Assembly: GCA_030651475.1 (NCBI GenBank)
Contig: JAUSEW010000002.1
Coordinates: 19,927 to 83,926, forward strand
DNA from: Candidatus Levyibacteriota bacterium
GTDB lineage: Bacteria > Patescibacteriota > Microgenomatia > Levybacterales > UBA12049
DNA: 64,000 nucleotides
Direction: 5' to 3'
In this document: positions 28,954 through 38,573 of the stretch, in pieces
Position numbering within the stretch: the stretch's first letter is position 1
How the letters are laid out: each line of letters begins with the position of its first letter
The notes under the pieces: generated by a model
What the model was told of the DNA's origin: nothing
What the model saw: the letters and a program-made list of their open reading frames with translations, nothing else
Database searches by the model: none
Position numbers and translations under genes: made by a program

Positions 28954-30012
28954 ATTGATACATTCGACGGTGCCGAGCACCGCTCAGTATCAACCCTGAG
29001 CGAAGTCGAACGGGTTGATTATTCCAAGCTTATCTCAATAGAAAATTTATTTCAAGCATGGAAAGAGTTTAGAAAAGGAAAAGCTAAGCGTTTTGATGTT
29101 GCGGAATTTGAAAGGAATTTAGAAGATAATTTATTTGAATTACATTTAAAATTGAAAAATAAAAGTTATAAACATGGAGGTTACGAATCATTTTATGTTC
29201 ACGACCCAAAACAGCGGCATATTCATAAAGCAAGTGTTATAGATAGGGTAGTTCATCATCTGCTTTACACCTTTTTGTATAAGTTGTTTGACAGAGTATT
29301 TATTTATGATTCCTATTCCTGCAGACTTAATAAAGGAACCCATAAAGGAGTAAAGAGATTAGCGGAACTTACAAGAAAAGTTTCTAAAAACTATACAAGA
29401 CCTTGTTTTGCTTTAAAATTAGATATTAAAAAGTTTTTTGCCAGCGTTGACCATGAAGTTTTACTTACCTTACTTAAGAAAAAGGTTAAAGATAAAGATA
29501 TTATTTGGTTGTTAGTACAGATAATCAATAGTTTTTACTCGGATAAAGGAGAAGGGAAAGGAATGCCTCTTGGCAATTTAACCAGTCAGGTTTTTGCCAA
29601 TATTTACCTCAATGAACTTGACCAGTTTACAAAACATAAGTTAAAAGTAAAATATTATCTTCGTTATGCAGATGATTTTCTGTTTTTATCAAAGAATAAA
29701 GAGTTATTGTGTAAATATATTGACGTATTAAGACAATTCCTGAGCAACGGACTTAAACTTGAACTTCATCCTAATAAGATTATCTTTCGTAAATTAGAAT
29801 GGGGAATTGATTTCTTAGGCTACATAGTTTTACCTCATTATATTTTGCCAAGGACAAAAACTAGAAAAAGGATTTTTAAAAAATTAAAGGAAAATGTTGG
29901 TTCAGAAAACTTTAATCAATCCTTGCAATCCTATTTAGGATATTTAGGGCATGCCAGCAGTTTTAAAATAGCCCAATCTCTACTTTACTTTTACCAAAAA
30001 TATAGCTTATGA
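28948..30012 (+). CDS. DGR reverse transcriptase
   Basis: SIENLFQAW, DPKQRHI, DRVVHH, LDIKKFF, GMPLGNLTSQVFAN, YLRYADDF, IDFLGY. Confidence 0.96.
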   Translation: MHIDTFDGAEHRSVSTLSEVERVDYSKLISIENLFQAWKEFRKGKAKRFDVAEFERNLEDNLFELHLKLKNKSYKHGGYESFYVHDPKQRHIHKASVIDRVVHHLLYTFLYKLFDRVFIYDSYSCRLNKGTHKGVKRLAELTRKVSKNYTRPCFALKLDIKKFFASVDHEVLLTLLKKKVKDKDIIWLLVQIINSFYSDKGEGKGMPLGNLTSQVFANIYLNELDQFTKHKLKVKYYLRYADDFLFLSKNKELLCKYIDVLRQFLSNGLKLELHPNKIIFRKLEWGIDFLGYIVLPHYILPRTKTRKRIFKKLKENVGSENFNQSLQSYLGYLGHASSFKIAQSLLYFYQKYSL

Positions 30013-30019
30013 TGGATAT

Positions 30020-30700
30020 ATGAAGAGAGTTTCGATTTTCCTTTCAATAGTTTTCCTTCTTGTTTTGGGAGTTTTCGTCTACAAGCACAATACTGATAAC
30101 ACATGCGGGAATTCAATTTCCTGCGCCAAAAATCTTACGGGTAAATACGAAAATACGAATTCGGGGATATTTTTGGGCAGGAAAGTAAGTATTCCCAGCG
30201 AAGTCGCGGATAAGATCCTTGCAGGGGGAGTAAGGTCGGTTTTGGGCGATACAACTGTTCAGAAAAGAATTGAAGTTAATCTTAACACCCAGCATCTTTA
30301 CGCATTTGAGGGTAATGAAGTCGTTATGGATTTTCCCATATCATCCGGCAAATGGTATCCTACCCCAACAGGCACATTTCATATTTGGTCGAAATTTCGC
30401 TTCGTGCGCATGGAGGGCGGAAATCCGGCAGCTAATACGTATTATAATTTGCCCAACGTACCTTTTGTGATGTTTTATTACAATGACGACATCGTACAGT
30501 CCAGAGGCTTTAGTCTGCACGGAACCTATTGGCATAATAATTTCGGTCATCCGATGAGCCACGGGTGCGTAAATATGAGAACAGAAGATGCTCAAAGAGT
30601 TTATTATTGGTCTAATCCGCCTGTTTCGGAGAATTCCACTTTCGCCAAAAACAACGAAGGAACAGAAATTATTGTTTACGGACAAGCTCCGGAGGAATAA
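30020..30700 (+). CDS. L,D-transpeptidase (YkuD family)
   Basis: N-terminal anchor, PTPTGTF, HGTYWHNNFGHPMSHGCVN. Confidence 0.93.
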   Translation: MKRVSIFLSIVFLLVLGVFVYKHNTDNTCGNSISCAKNLTGKYENTNSGIFLGRKVSIPSEVADKILAGGVRSVLGDTTVQKRIEVNLNTQHLYAFEGNEVVMDFPISSGKWYPTPTGTFHIWSKFRFVRMEGGNPAANTYYNLPNVPFVMFYYNDDIVQSRGFSLHGTYWHNNFGHPMSHGCVNMRTEDAQRVYYWSNPPVSENSTFAKNNEGTEIIVYGQAPEE

Positions 30701-30704
30701 GTAT

Positions 30705-31316
30705 ATGGGTTTTGGAAAAAGTGAAATCAAGATAATAGTAGGCAGCATCGTATTTTTAATTCTTGCTGCGATTTCTTACAAATTGTATTTTGCCGGGCAA
30801 ACGTCTATATCTCAAAATCAAATACTACGGCCTTATCCAAGCCAAGTTCAGCCTTTGGCAGTTCATTCCGGAGACGGAACAGCACAGCTCATTATGCGCA
30901 AAGCCAGTCAAAAAGACGGTTCTGTTCTTTACTCATTTTTCACTGCCAATGCTTCAGGCAAAATTGAAAGAACCTTATTTACCAAAAATATTCCAACTTC
31001 AGACGCTATGGTAATTCCTGCCAATACTTGGTCTCCGGATAACAAATACGTGTTTTTGCGGGAAAATAATTCTAATTCTTTCAGCATATTCGTATTTAAG
31101 GCATCAGGTGAAACTTTCAGCAACAAAGAGCAATATCTTGATCTGACTTCACTTTTTGACCAACGGAATTTGCCTTATGCTGTGGCTGACGTAACGGGAT
31201 GGGATTCCGAAACGCTTTTGCATATGCATACAACTGCCAAGGAGAAAAACAGCAGAGGACCTTCGTATTGGTTCGACGTTACGGATCGGGCACTCCTCCA
31301 ACTCGCCAATCTCTGA
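30705..31316 (+). CDS. membrane-anchored hypothetical protein, beta-rich
   Basis: N-terminal TM, WSPDNKY motif. Confidence 0.7.
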   Translation: MGFGKSEIKIIVGSIVFLILAAISYKLYFAGQTSISQNQILRPYPSQVQPLAVHSGDGTAQLIMRKASQKDGSVLYSFFTANASGKIERTLFTKNIPTSDAMVIPANTWSPDNKYVFLRENNSNSFSIFVFKASGETFSNKEQYLDLTSLFDQRNLPYAVADVTGWDSETLLHMHTTAKEKNSRGPSYWFDVTDRALLQLANL

Positions 31317-31384
31317 TAACTCGCATTGGGTTTTCCTATTGAGATAAAAAGTTCATAATTCTTTTAAGTGTGTTTTTTTGGCTA

Positions 31385-31422
31385 TTGACAAAGTTATAGC
31401 TTTGTTATAACATGGTTATAAC
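31385..31422 (+). promoter_or_regulatory. TA promoter/operator with three GTTATA(A/G)C boxes at 11-bp spacing
   Basis: boxes at 31393, 31404, 31415; TTGACA at 31385. Confidence 0.75.
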
Positions 31423-31447
31423 CCTTCGATAAACTCAGGGTAAATAT

Positions 31448-31690
31448 ATGGAACAAACAGTAATGCAAGTTGGCAATTCTTTAGCAGTCACTTTACCCAA
31501 GCAATTTGTTGACGCTAAAAAAATAAAAGCAGGACAAAAAATGCTTGTGGATGCAGACAATGATCTCTCTGTGGTTCAAATAAGAACAAAGAATTCTAAA
31601 GCCTCCAAGATTACTCCCGAATTTAAGAACTGGCTTGACGCATTCAATACCCGCTACAAGACAGCGCTTACTGAGCTTGCAAAAAAGTGA
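31448..31690 (+). CDS. AbrB/MazE-type antitoxin
   Basis: QVGNSLAVTLPK; overlaps toxin start. Confidence 0.88.
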   Translation: MEQTVMQVGNSLAVTLPKQFVDAKKIKAGQKMLVDADNDLSVVQIRTKNSKASKITPEFKNWLDAFNTRYKTALTELAKK

Positions 31691-32079
31691 GACAGACTAA
31701 GCACCTTATCCTCGACGAAGTAATTGCGATACACGATAGCATGATCGAACAGTATGGAGGAAGTTTCGGAATTCGCGATATTGGACTACTTCAGTCAGCG
31801 ATTAGCAGGCCGCAGGCATCATTTGGGGGCGTTGATCTTTATCCAACTATATTTGATAAGGCTGCCGCTCTTTTTCATTCATTGATGTTCAACCATGCTT
31901 TCATGGATGGAAACAAGAGGACAACCATGACAACAACTGCCAGATTCCTTGCAATAAATGGTTACTTGGTTGTAGTAGAACAAAGAGAATTTGTAGATTT
32001 TCCTCTTCGAGTGGAGAATAAACACCTCTCTCTTGGGGAAATCGTCGCTTGGCTGAAGAAACATACAAAGAAGATGTAA
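31687..32079 (+). CDS. doc: Doc (death-on-curing) family toxin
   Basis: GIRDIGLLQSA, KAAALFHSL, HAFMDGNKRT. Confidence 0.92.
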   Translation: MRQTKHLILDEVIAIHDSMIEQYGGSFGIRDIGLLQSAISRPQASFGGVDLYPTIFDKAAALFHSLMFNHAFMDGNKRTTMTTTARFLAINGYLVVVEQREFVDFPLRVENKHLSLGEIVAWLKKHTKKM

Positions 32080-32161
32080 TTTGGGAGAGATAAAATTCCC
32101 CAAACCTCACTAATTTGTCATATTTTTTGTTTTTAAGCGTGATTTTTGTTATAATAAATAT

Positions 32162-32641
32162 ATGGGTAAAGATACAGCTCCTGTCGTTGATGATTTTAAA
32201 GCTTACTCTGACTGGGTTAAGCTTCCTGAGGGAGCGTCCAATGAAAAGTTGACTAATTGGTTTGACCAGATTTTTGTTCAGTGGAGGCGTGATCCTGGAG
32301 ATTTTACTAGCAGCGGGTTGTTGAAAGCAATGAAGGAGTTGGGTCAAAAGGACTGGACATTTACGTTGACTTTGTTTAAAGGTCAGAATCGGAACGATGT
32401 ACCGGATGGAATAGAAACTGTAGCAAGAGAAGCTTATAAAGGTTCTAATGCTTACCATCACGATATTTCTGCTCGGGCAATCGGATTTGCTAACGCTGAC
32501 TCACAGTTGTTTTTAGGAGTATCCCAAGATCATTTGACGTTGAGTAGACGGAGAGCTGGTTTGATCAAAGCCTTCAAAGCAGATGAGGTTATTGGTCTCC
32601 GGGCGGTGGCGCCTAAAAAAGACGCGAGCAAAATAGGCTAA
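32162..32641 (+). CDS. hypothetical protein
   Basis: 159-aa ORF with TGTTATAAT upstream. Confidence 0.7.
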   Translation: MGKDTAPVVDDFKAYSDWVKLPEGASNEKLTNWFDQIFVQWRRDPGDFTSSGLLKAMKELGQKDWTFTLTLFKGQNRNDVPDGIETVAREAYKGSNAYHHDISARAIGFANADSQLFLGVSQDHLTLSRRRAGLIKAFKADEVIGLRAVAPKKDASKIG

Positions 32642-32724
32642 AAGGTTTCGTGCTCAACTTCTGGGGTCTGGCTTCGGAGTCAGATCTCATAAAATTTCCC
32701 AAACCTCTTTGCATTTTCAAAATT

Positions 32725-33507
32725 CTACTTTAATCTTTTTATATCGTCTTCTGTTGGCAGACGAACTCCATGTATCCAGATTGGTTCTTTGCGTTCGTTG
32801 AGAATCTCTAACAATGCACTTTCATAGTCAGGAACAGAAAGAGATAGGGTTCTCGTAAGAAGTTTTCTTTTGATGCTTTGGGCAACTAGTCTAGTTCTAA
32901 TGTTTCTATCCGTTTGTATTTTTTGATTTTGATAATTAGCCCATACTGTTTGCGGAAAGATTAAATAAGAAAACCTATCGCTTGGCACTATATGTTCTTT
33001 TGGTTTTCCTATGGTTTCGAGACCTTCAAATCTTTCTTTTCTGGATGTAAATAAAAAGTGACTCGATTTTTTCATTAATTCATCCATAGTCTCATTAATT
33101 ACAATAAGAAATGAGGAGGATATTCTAGCTTCTAAAATTTCCTTTGCGCCGTTTTTATCCACCTCTTCTTGGGACCATGCGGGTAATTGATCAATTGGGT
33201 CAGGCTCTTTAAGACGATAGCTTGGCCTTTCTGTCATTACCGGCAGAACAGAAATATTCCTAAGATAAAGGGCATCTTCTAAATTGTTAGAAAAAGCTTG
33301 AAGGTTCTCATGCAAGTGCGGAGGGAAAATCAGTCTAAAAGATATAAAATCTTTAGGAGATAGATCTCCAGATCCAAAATATAATGAGCTTTCCCTTCGT
33401 AATCTACCAGCTGATTTAAGGCCATCTTTTAGTATGCTGTTAATAATCTCTGCCCGTTGTGCGGCAACTTCAGCTGTAGCATTAATCTTAGGCAATACTT
33501 CTGACAT
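32725..33507 (-). CDS. hypothetical protein
   Basis: 260-aa ORF, no recognised family. Confidence 0.7.
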   Translation of the reverse strand: MSEVLPKINATAEVAAQRAEIINSILKDGLKSAGRLRRESSLYFGSGDLSPKDFISFRLIFPPHLHENLQAFSNNLEDALYLRNISVLPVMTERPSYRLKEPDPIDQLPAWSQEEVDKNGAKEILEARISSSFLIVINETMDELMKKSSHFLFTSRKERFEGLETIGKPKEHIVPSDRFSYLIFPQTVWANYQNQKIQTDRNIRTRLVAQSIKRKLLTRTLSLSVPDYESALLEILNERKEPIWIHGVRLPTEDDIKRLK

Positions 33508-33615
33508 ATAATTTAAAGTCGCTAAATTGTATCAGTCTGATATTATACAATAAATTGCGTTTTTAATCTTGTTAAGGACGAAGTTTTAATAATTTTTCTG
33601 ATATAATGAGAGTTC

Positions 33616-35160
33616 ATGTTGTCCAATATATCAAATTCACAAAAAATAACTGTTATGATCGGGGTTATGCTTGCCATACTTTTGTCTGCGCTTGATCAGA
33701 CGATTGTGGCAACCGCAATGCCGCGAATTGTCAGCGAACTCAAAGGATTAGAACACTTCAGCTGGGTATTTACCGCCTATATGCTTGCCTCTACGGTAAC
33801 GGTGCCAATATACGGAAAACTGTCTGATATTTACGGAAGAAAATGGTTCTTTTTCGGAGGAATTGTCATTTTTATTTTGGGTTCAATCCTGTCAGGGCTA
33901 TCGCAAAATATGACGCAGCTTATTGTCTTTCGCGGTTTGCAGGGAATAGGCGGAGGGGCAATGATGGCAAATTCATTCGCTATTATCGGTGATTTATTTG
34001 TTCCGTCAGAACGGGGAAGATGGCAGGGAATGTTGGGAGGAATGTTTGGCTTGGCTTCTGTTATTGGCCCGACGCTTGGCGGATGGATTACGGATAATGC
34101 TTCATGGAGGTGGAATTTCTTTGTTAATATTCCTATAGGTATTTTAGCGCTTGCGGCAATCGGATTTTTGATGCCAAAAATTACTTCAGGTATAAAAGAA
34201 AGAAGCATTGATTATCTTGGCGCTCTCGCCTTAACGCTTGGATTGGTTCCGTTTCTTTTGGCTCTTGTTTGGGGAGGAAATCAGTATGCTTGGAGTTCTA
34301 TGATGGAAATTGGACTATTTATTATGTCGATGATATTTCTTACCCTTTTTGTTATTACAGAGCGGTTTGCCAAAGAGCCGATTATACCATTGGGACTTTT
34401 TAAAAATTCCATCTTTACTGTTTCAGTTATCATTACTTTTTTAACCGCCATGGGAATGTTTGGCGCCATACTATACATCCCTCTTTTTTCCCAAGTAGTT
34501 CTTGGATTAAGCGCTACGAATTCGGGCACAATTCTGACGCCTCTAATGTTTGCGTTGGTCATCGCAAGTATTATTTCCGGGCAAGTTATTTCCAAAACGG
34601 GAAAATATAAGCGGATAGCGATATTTGGTATGGCAATAGTTGTGGTAGGGATGTATTGGCTTTCAACAGTCACTTCTACGACTACTCAAGTGGAATTACT
34701 GATGCGGATGATTGCGTTGGGAGTTGGTTTGGGAATAACAATGCCTATTTTTACTATCGCCGTGCAGAATTCATTTGACAATTCTAAATTAGGAGTGGTT
34801 ACTGCTTCAACTCAAGTTGCCAGAAGCATTGGGGGAACAGTCGGAGTGGCGATATTTGGAAGCGTATTGAATAATGCTTTGACGGGGAAATTAGGCAATA
34901 TGGCAACCGATCCGTTCGTCCAAACATTATCCAAAGCAAATCCCAAGTTCGCAATTACGAATATTAGTGCGAATAATTTACAGGGATTTCTCGATGTCTT
35001 TACAGGAGCAATTACAGAGGTTTTTCTTCTCGGTACCATTCTTATGGGCGTAGCTTTTGTCGTCACATTTTTCTTAAAAGAAATACCGCTGCGAAAATCT
35101 CACAGCGTACGGCCAATTCTTGAGGAAGCGGGAATTGAAGTAGCAGTGGAAGAGGAATAA
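33616..35160 (+). CDS. DHA2 (EmrB/QacA) MFS transporter
   Basis: LDQTIVATAMP, GKLSDIYGRK, WRWNFFVNIPIG. Confidence 0.93.
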   Translation: MLSNISNSQKITVMIGVMLAILLSALDQTIVATAMPRIVSELKGLEHFSWVFTAYMLASTVTVPIYGKLSDIYGRKWFFFGGIVIFILGSILSGLSQNMTQLIVFRGLQGIGGGAMMANSFAIIGDLFVPSERGRWQGMLGGMFGLASVIGPTLGGWITDNASWRWNFFVNIPIGILALAAIGFLMPKITSGIKERSIDYLGALALTLGLVPFLLALVWGGNQYAWSSMMEIGLFIMSMIFLTLFVITERFAKEPIIPLGLFKNSIFTVSVIITFLTAMGMFGAILYIPLFSQVVLGLSATNSGTILTPLMFALVIASIISGQVISKTGKYKRIAIFGMAIVVVGMYWLSTVTSTTTQVELLMRMIALGVGLGITMPIFTIAVQNSFDNSKLGVVTASTQVARSIGGTVGVAIFGSVLNNALTGKLGNMATDPFVQTLSKANPKFAITNISANNLQGFLDVFTGAITEVFLLGTILMGVAFVVTFFLKEIPLRKSHSVRPILEEAGIEVAVEEE

Positions 35161-35161
35161 A

Positions 35162-35731
35162 TTATTCTTTGGGTTCAGGAGGAAGGAATTCTTCACCGCC
35201 ATTATCAGTTTTGTCAGCTTGTTGGGGGTATTCTTCAGGTTTAAGCCAATAAACATAAGGACATCCGGTTGCTTGGCGCGCAACTTTATCCCATCCCGAA
35301 GTACTGCATTTCTTCATCTTTTTGCCATTGGCGGTTGTATAAAGAACTAGTTTCTCTCCGCACTGGGGGCATTCTTCATCAAGCGGTTCTGTTGTACCGT
35401 TAATCCATTCGATGTAATCGCATCCGATGGCTTTTTTGGCTTCTTTATCCCAACTGCCACTGGAGCATTTTTTCATTTTCTTGCCAAAGCGGGTAACTGC
35501 CAAAATTAATTTACTGCCGCATTTGGGACATTTCTCGTCAAGCTCTTGAGGTTCAACCTCAAACCATTTGACATAATCGCATCCTTCATTCTTTCTGGTT
35601 TCGGGATTCCATGAGCCCTTAGAACATCTTTGAAGCTTGCGTCCTGTTTTGGTAATAGTTATTTCTGCAAGCGGAGAACCGCAATTAGGACACATTCCTT
35701 CTGGAGTTTTTTGTTCATTTGCTTTTGCCAT
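35162..35731 (-). CDS. stand-alone topoisomerase C4 zinc-ribbon repeat protein (3 repeats)
   Basis: three CPxCG...CS...GCxY units. Confidence 0.85.
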   Translation of the reverse strand: MAKANEQKTPEGMCPNCGSPLAEITITKTGRKLQRCSKGSWNPETRKNEGCDYVKWFEVEPQELDEKCPKCGSKLILAVTRFGKKMKKCSSGSWDKEAKKAIGCDYIEWINGTTEPLDEECPQCGEKLVLYTTANGKKMKKCSTSGWDKVARQATGCPYVYWLKPEEYPQQADKTDNGGEEFLPPEPKE

Positions 35732-35878
35732 AGGTTTCTATAGTACTGTGTTTAAAAGAAATAAGTCAAGGAGCATATTACGAAACAATTTAGGAAAGTC
35801 ATAATTTTGTCAGGTAAATGTCAAGCCGCAGATTTTTTTTCGATTACACTTATTGTCGAGGGTAAATTTTACTAACAG

Positions 35879-38560
35879 ATGACAACTACAGAAATCAAAG
35901 GGTTTGAAATTGGTAACGCTAGGGAAGCTATAGGGCAACTTCCGTTAACAGTTTTCTTAGAAGATCCCCGGGCGAAGAGAATAGATCTTGTTGGAGGAAA
36001 AGGAGCAAGTCTTGCAGAGCTTAATACAATTCCCGGCGTAAAAGTTCCAGAAGCTTTTGTTATAACCACTTCTTTATGCAATCAACTTCTTGAGCAGAAC
36101 TCCGAAATCAGAGAAAAAGTCGATAAATTAGATAGTCTATCGGTTAGTTGGCTAAGAGCAAAGCTAGCCGGAGATAGTGGGGAAGCGGAACGATTAGAGA
36201 AACAAATGTCTATTGGCGGAAAATCTTTAAGAGAGCAATTGATTGGCATAGAGTTATCACCAGGCGTAAAAAACGAAATTATTGAAGCTTACGGTAAATT
36301 ATGTGAGACAACTGGAGTAGAAAATGTAGATGTTGCAGTGCGGAGTTCGGGTAAGAGTGAAGATGGAGGAAGCAACAGTTCTGCCGGACAATACGAAACC
36401 TTTCTTCATCAAGAAGGAGAAAAAGAAGTACTAAATTCCGTTAAGAAATGTTTAGCTTCTCAATTTACAGAAAGAGTAATTGTTTATAGGAATGAGGCAA
36501 GACTTGCAATTACAGATCAAGTATTAAAAGATTATCCAGAAGATATAGAAAAGGCATTGGCAGAAAGCAAAAAGTTTTCCCATAGAGAAGCAGGGCTGGC
36601 AGTTGTTGTACAGAGAATGGTAAATGCTCATTCTGCAGGAGTTGGTTTCTCAATAGATTCGATTAGCGGAGCAAAAGTTGCCCGCATAGACGTAAATTAT
36701 GGTTTAGGTGAATCAGTCGTTAGCGGTAGTGTTACCCCAGACGCTTATTTTGTTGATCCTATTACAGGGGAGATAGTCGGGCGAACTTTAGGAGCAAAAA
36801 CAGTTAGAACTGTTTACATTGAAGGAGGGACGGAAAACGTAGCGGTTCCAGAAGAAGAAAGAAAGAGATTTGTTCTTCCAGATGAGAAAATAAAACAGAT
36901 TGCACGTGCGATTACAGCCATAAGCGAACATTATGAAAAACCCATGGACACAGAATTTGCTTTAGGTGCGGATGGAGAAGTCTATTTTACTCAAGCAAGA
37001 CCCGAGACAGTTGCTTCAAATAAGGATCAGATGGTAGTACGAATGAAAGAATATGTTGTTTCTGAAGAGGCAGCTGGGGCAGCAGAGGAAATTTTTAAAG
37101 GTGGAGTATCCGGTTGTCCGGGAGCTGCTGCCGGAATAAAGCTAATTGCAGGGACGGTAGATGAAGCAAATATTCTTCTTAAGTCTGACAGATATAAAGG
37201 CAAAGAGGTAATTTTGGTGACTGATAGAACCGACCCTGATTGGGTTCTTATAATGAAAAAGGTTAAGGGTATTATTACTCGTGTAGGAGGACCGAATTGT
37301 CATGCTGCAATTGTTAGTCGTGAATTAGGTATTCCTTGTCTTGTAGGAGTAGGGGATAAAATAGAAGCCCTTAAGGATAGTGAGGTTCAAGAAATAACAT
37401 TAGATGTTAGAGGATTGAAAGTTTACAAAGGCAAATTGCCTTTGAAGGAGGTAGGAGTAGATATAGATGTCAGAGAAATACTGAATAATCCTACAGAAAC
37501 CATAGTGGGAGTAAATATGGCGATGCCTGAAGAAGCGAGGAAACTGCATGCCTTAGCGGAATTGGGAGAAAAGTTTAAGATTTCTCTTTTGCGTATTGAG
37601 TTCCTTCTACAGGATATTGGAGTACATGTAAATGCCTTAGTGGATTTCGATGAGAGAAAGATAGATCCCAACTCCGATTTATATAAAGGAATAGCAGATA
37701 AAATTGCAGGCTATGGAAGTGGAAGAGAGTACTATATAGGGAAACTTTCGGAAGGGATTGCCAGCATCGCTTCTACTTTCCCCAATAGCGATATAGTTCT
37801 AAGAACTACAGATTTTAAAACGAATGAATATCGAAGCTTAATTGGCGGTGAAAGATACGAGGTCATTGAAGCTAATCCCATGATGGGAGAAAGAGGGTTA
37901 GTCCGCTCGTTATTTCCAAAAAATAGAGCGGCATTTAAATGGGAGTTAGAGGCAATTAAAAAAGCTAGAGATATGGGATATAAAAGTGTCAAGATTATGT
38001 TTCCTGTCGTACGGGATCCTAAAGAATTAACAGGCGGTCCTGAATTAGTTGCAATCCGTTTTAAAGGTGCATATGAGATTATGGAAGAGGTTGGTATGAG
38101 AAGAGGCAAGGATGGGCTGAAGGTTGGAATAATGGTTGAGGATCCGGCAAATGTAGTAAGGATAAATGATTTCATTGATGCGGGTCTAGATTTTATTTCC
38201 TTTGGGACGAATGACCTTACCCAATTTACTTTGGCAGTTGATAGGGATAACGGCGTGTTAGCAAAGATACCATGGTATGGGGAAACAAATCCTGCGGTTG
38301 TCAGTCAAGTCAGGAGAGTGATTCAGATTTGTAAGAGCCGTGGTGTGGAAACTGGCATTTGCGGTAATGCCCCATCTAATAGTCCAGAATTTGTCCGAAT
38401 GTTAGTTGAAGAAGGAATAGATTCAATTGGAGTTACGCCGGATAGATTATTGCCGACTTATGAATTGGTGAGGCAGGAGGAGAGAAAAAGAAAGATAAAG
38501 GGGGGAACAATATTTATTAGTGCTTCTGGAAGCGTTGGCGGAAATGGTAGCCGTCCATAA
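35879..38560 (+). CDS. ppsA: phosphoenolpyruvate synthase
   Basis: VGGKGASL, AVRSS, QARPETV, CHAAIVSRELG, SFGTNDLTQ, GICG. Confidence 0.95.
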   Translation: MTTTEIKGFEIGNAREAIGQLPLTVFLEDPRAKRIDLVGGKGASLAELNTIPGVKVPEAFVITTSLCNQLLEQNSEIREKVDKLDSLSVSWLRAKLAGDSGEAERLEKQMSIGGKSLREQLIGIELSPGVKNEIIEAYGKLCETTGVENVDVAVRSSGKSEDGGSNSSAGQYETFLHQEGEKEVLNSVKKCLASQFTERVIVYRNEARLAITDQVLKDYPEDIEKALAESKKFSHREAGLAVVVQRMVNAHSAGVGFSIDSISGAKVARIDVNYGLGESVVSGSVTPDAYFVDPITGEIVGRTLGAKTVRTVYIEGGTENVAVPEEERKRFVLPDEKIKQIARAITAISEHYEKPMDTEFALGADGEVYFTQARPETVASNKDQMVVRMKEYVVSEEAAGAAEEIFKGGVSGCPGAAAGIKLIAGTVDEANILLKSDRYKGKEVILVTDRTDPDWVLIMKKVKGIITRVGGPNCHAAIVSRELGIPCLVGVGDKIEALKDSEVQEITLDVRGLKVYKGKLPLKEVGVDIDVREILNNPTETIVGVNMAMPEEARKLHALAELGEKFKISLLRIEFLLQDIGVHVNALVDFDERKIDPNSDLYKGIADKIAGYGSGREYYIGKLSEGIASIASTFPNSDIVLRTTDFKTNEYRSLIGGERYEVIEANPMMGERGLVRSLFPKNRAAFKWELEAIKKARDMGYKSVKIMFPVVRDPKELTGGPELVAIRFKGAYEIMEEVGMRRGKDGLKVGIMVEDPANVVRINDFIDAGLDFISFGTNDLTQFTLAVDRDNGVLAKIPWYGETNPAVVSQVRRVIQICKSRGVETGICGNAPSNSPEFVRMLVEEGIDSIGVTPDRLLPTYELVRQEERKRKIKGGTIFISASGSVGGNGSRP

Positions 38561-38573
38561 GTAAAAGGTTTTC

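Larger units (their letters stand above)
27324..30012. mobile_element. diversity-generating retroelement (target/VR, TR, avd, RT)
   Basis: all four components present; adenine-specific TR-to-VR differences. Confidence 0.96.

Noticed and set aside
28948-30012. RT as group II intron, retron or CRISPR-associated RT
   Set aside because: No maturase/endonuclease extension or cas genes; adjacent TR/VR and avd identify a DGR.
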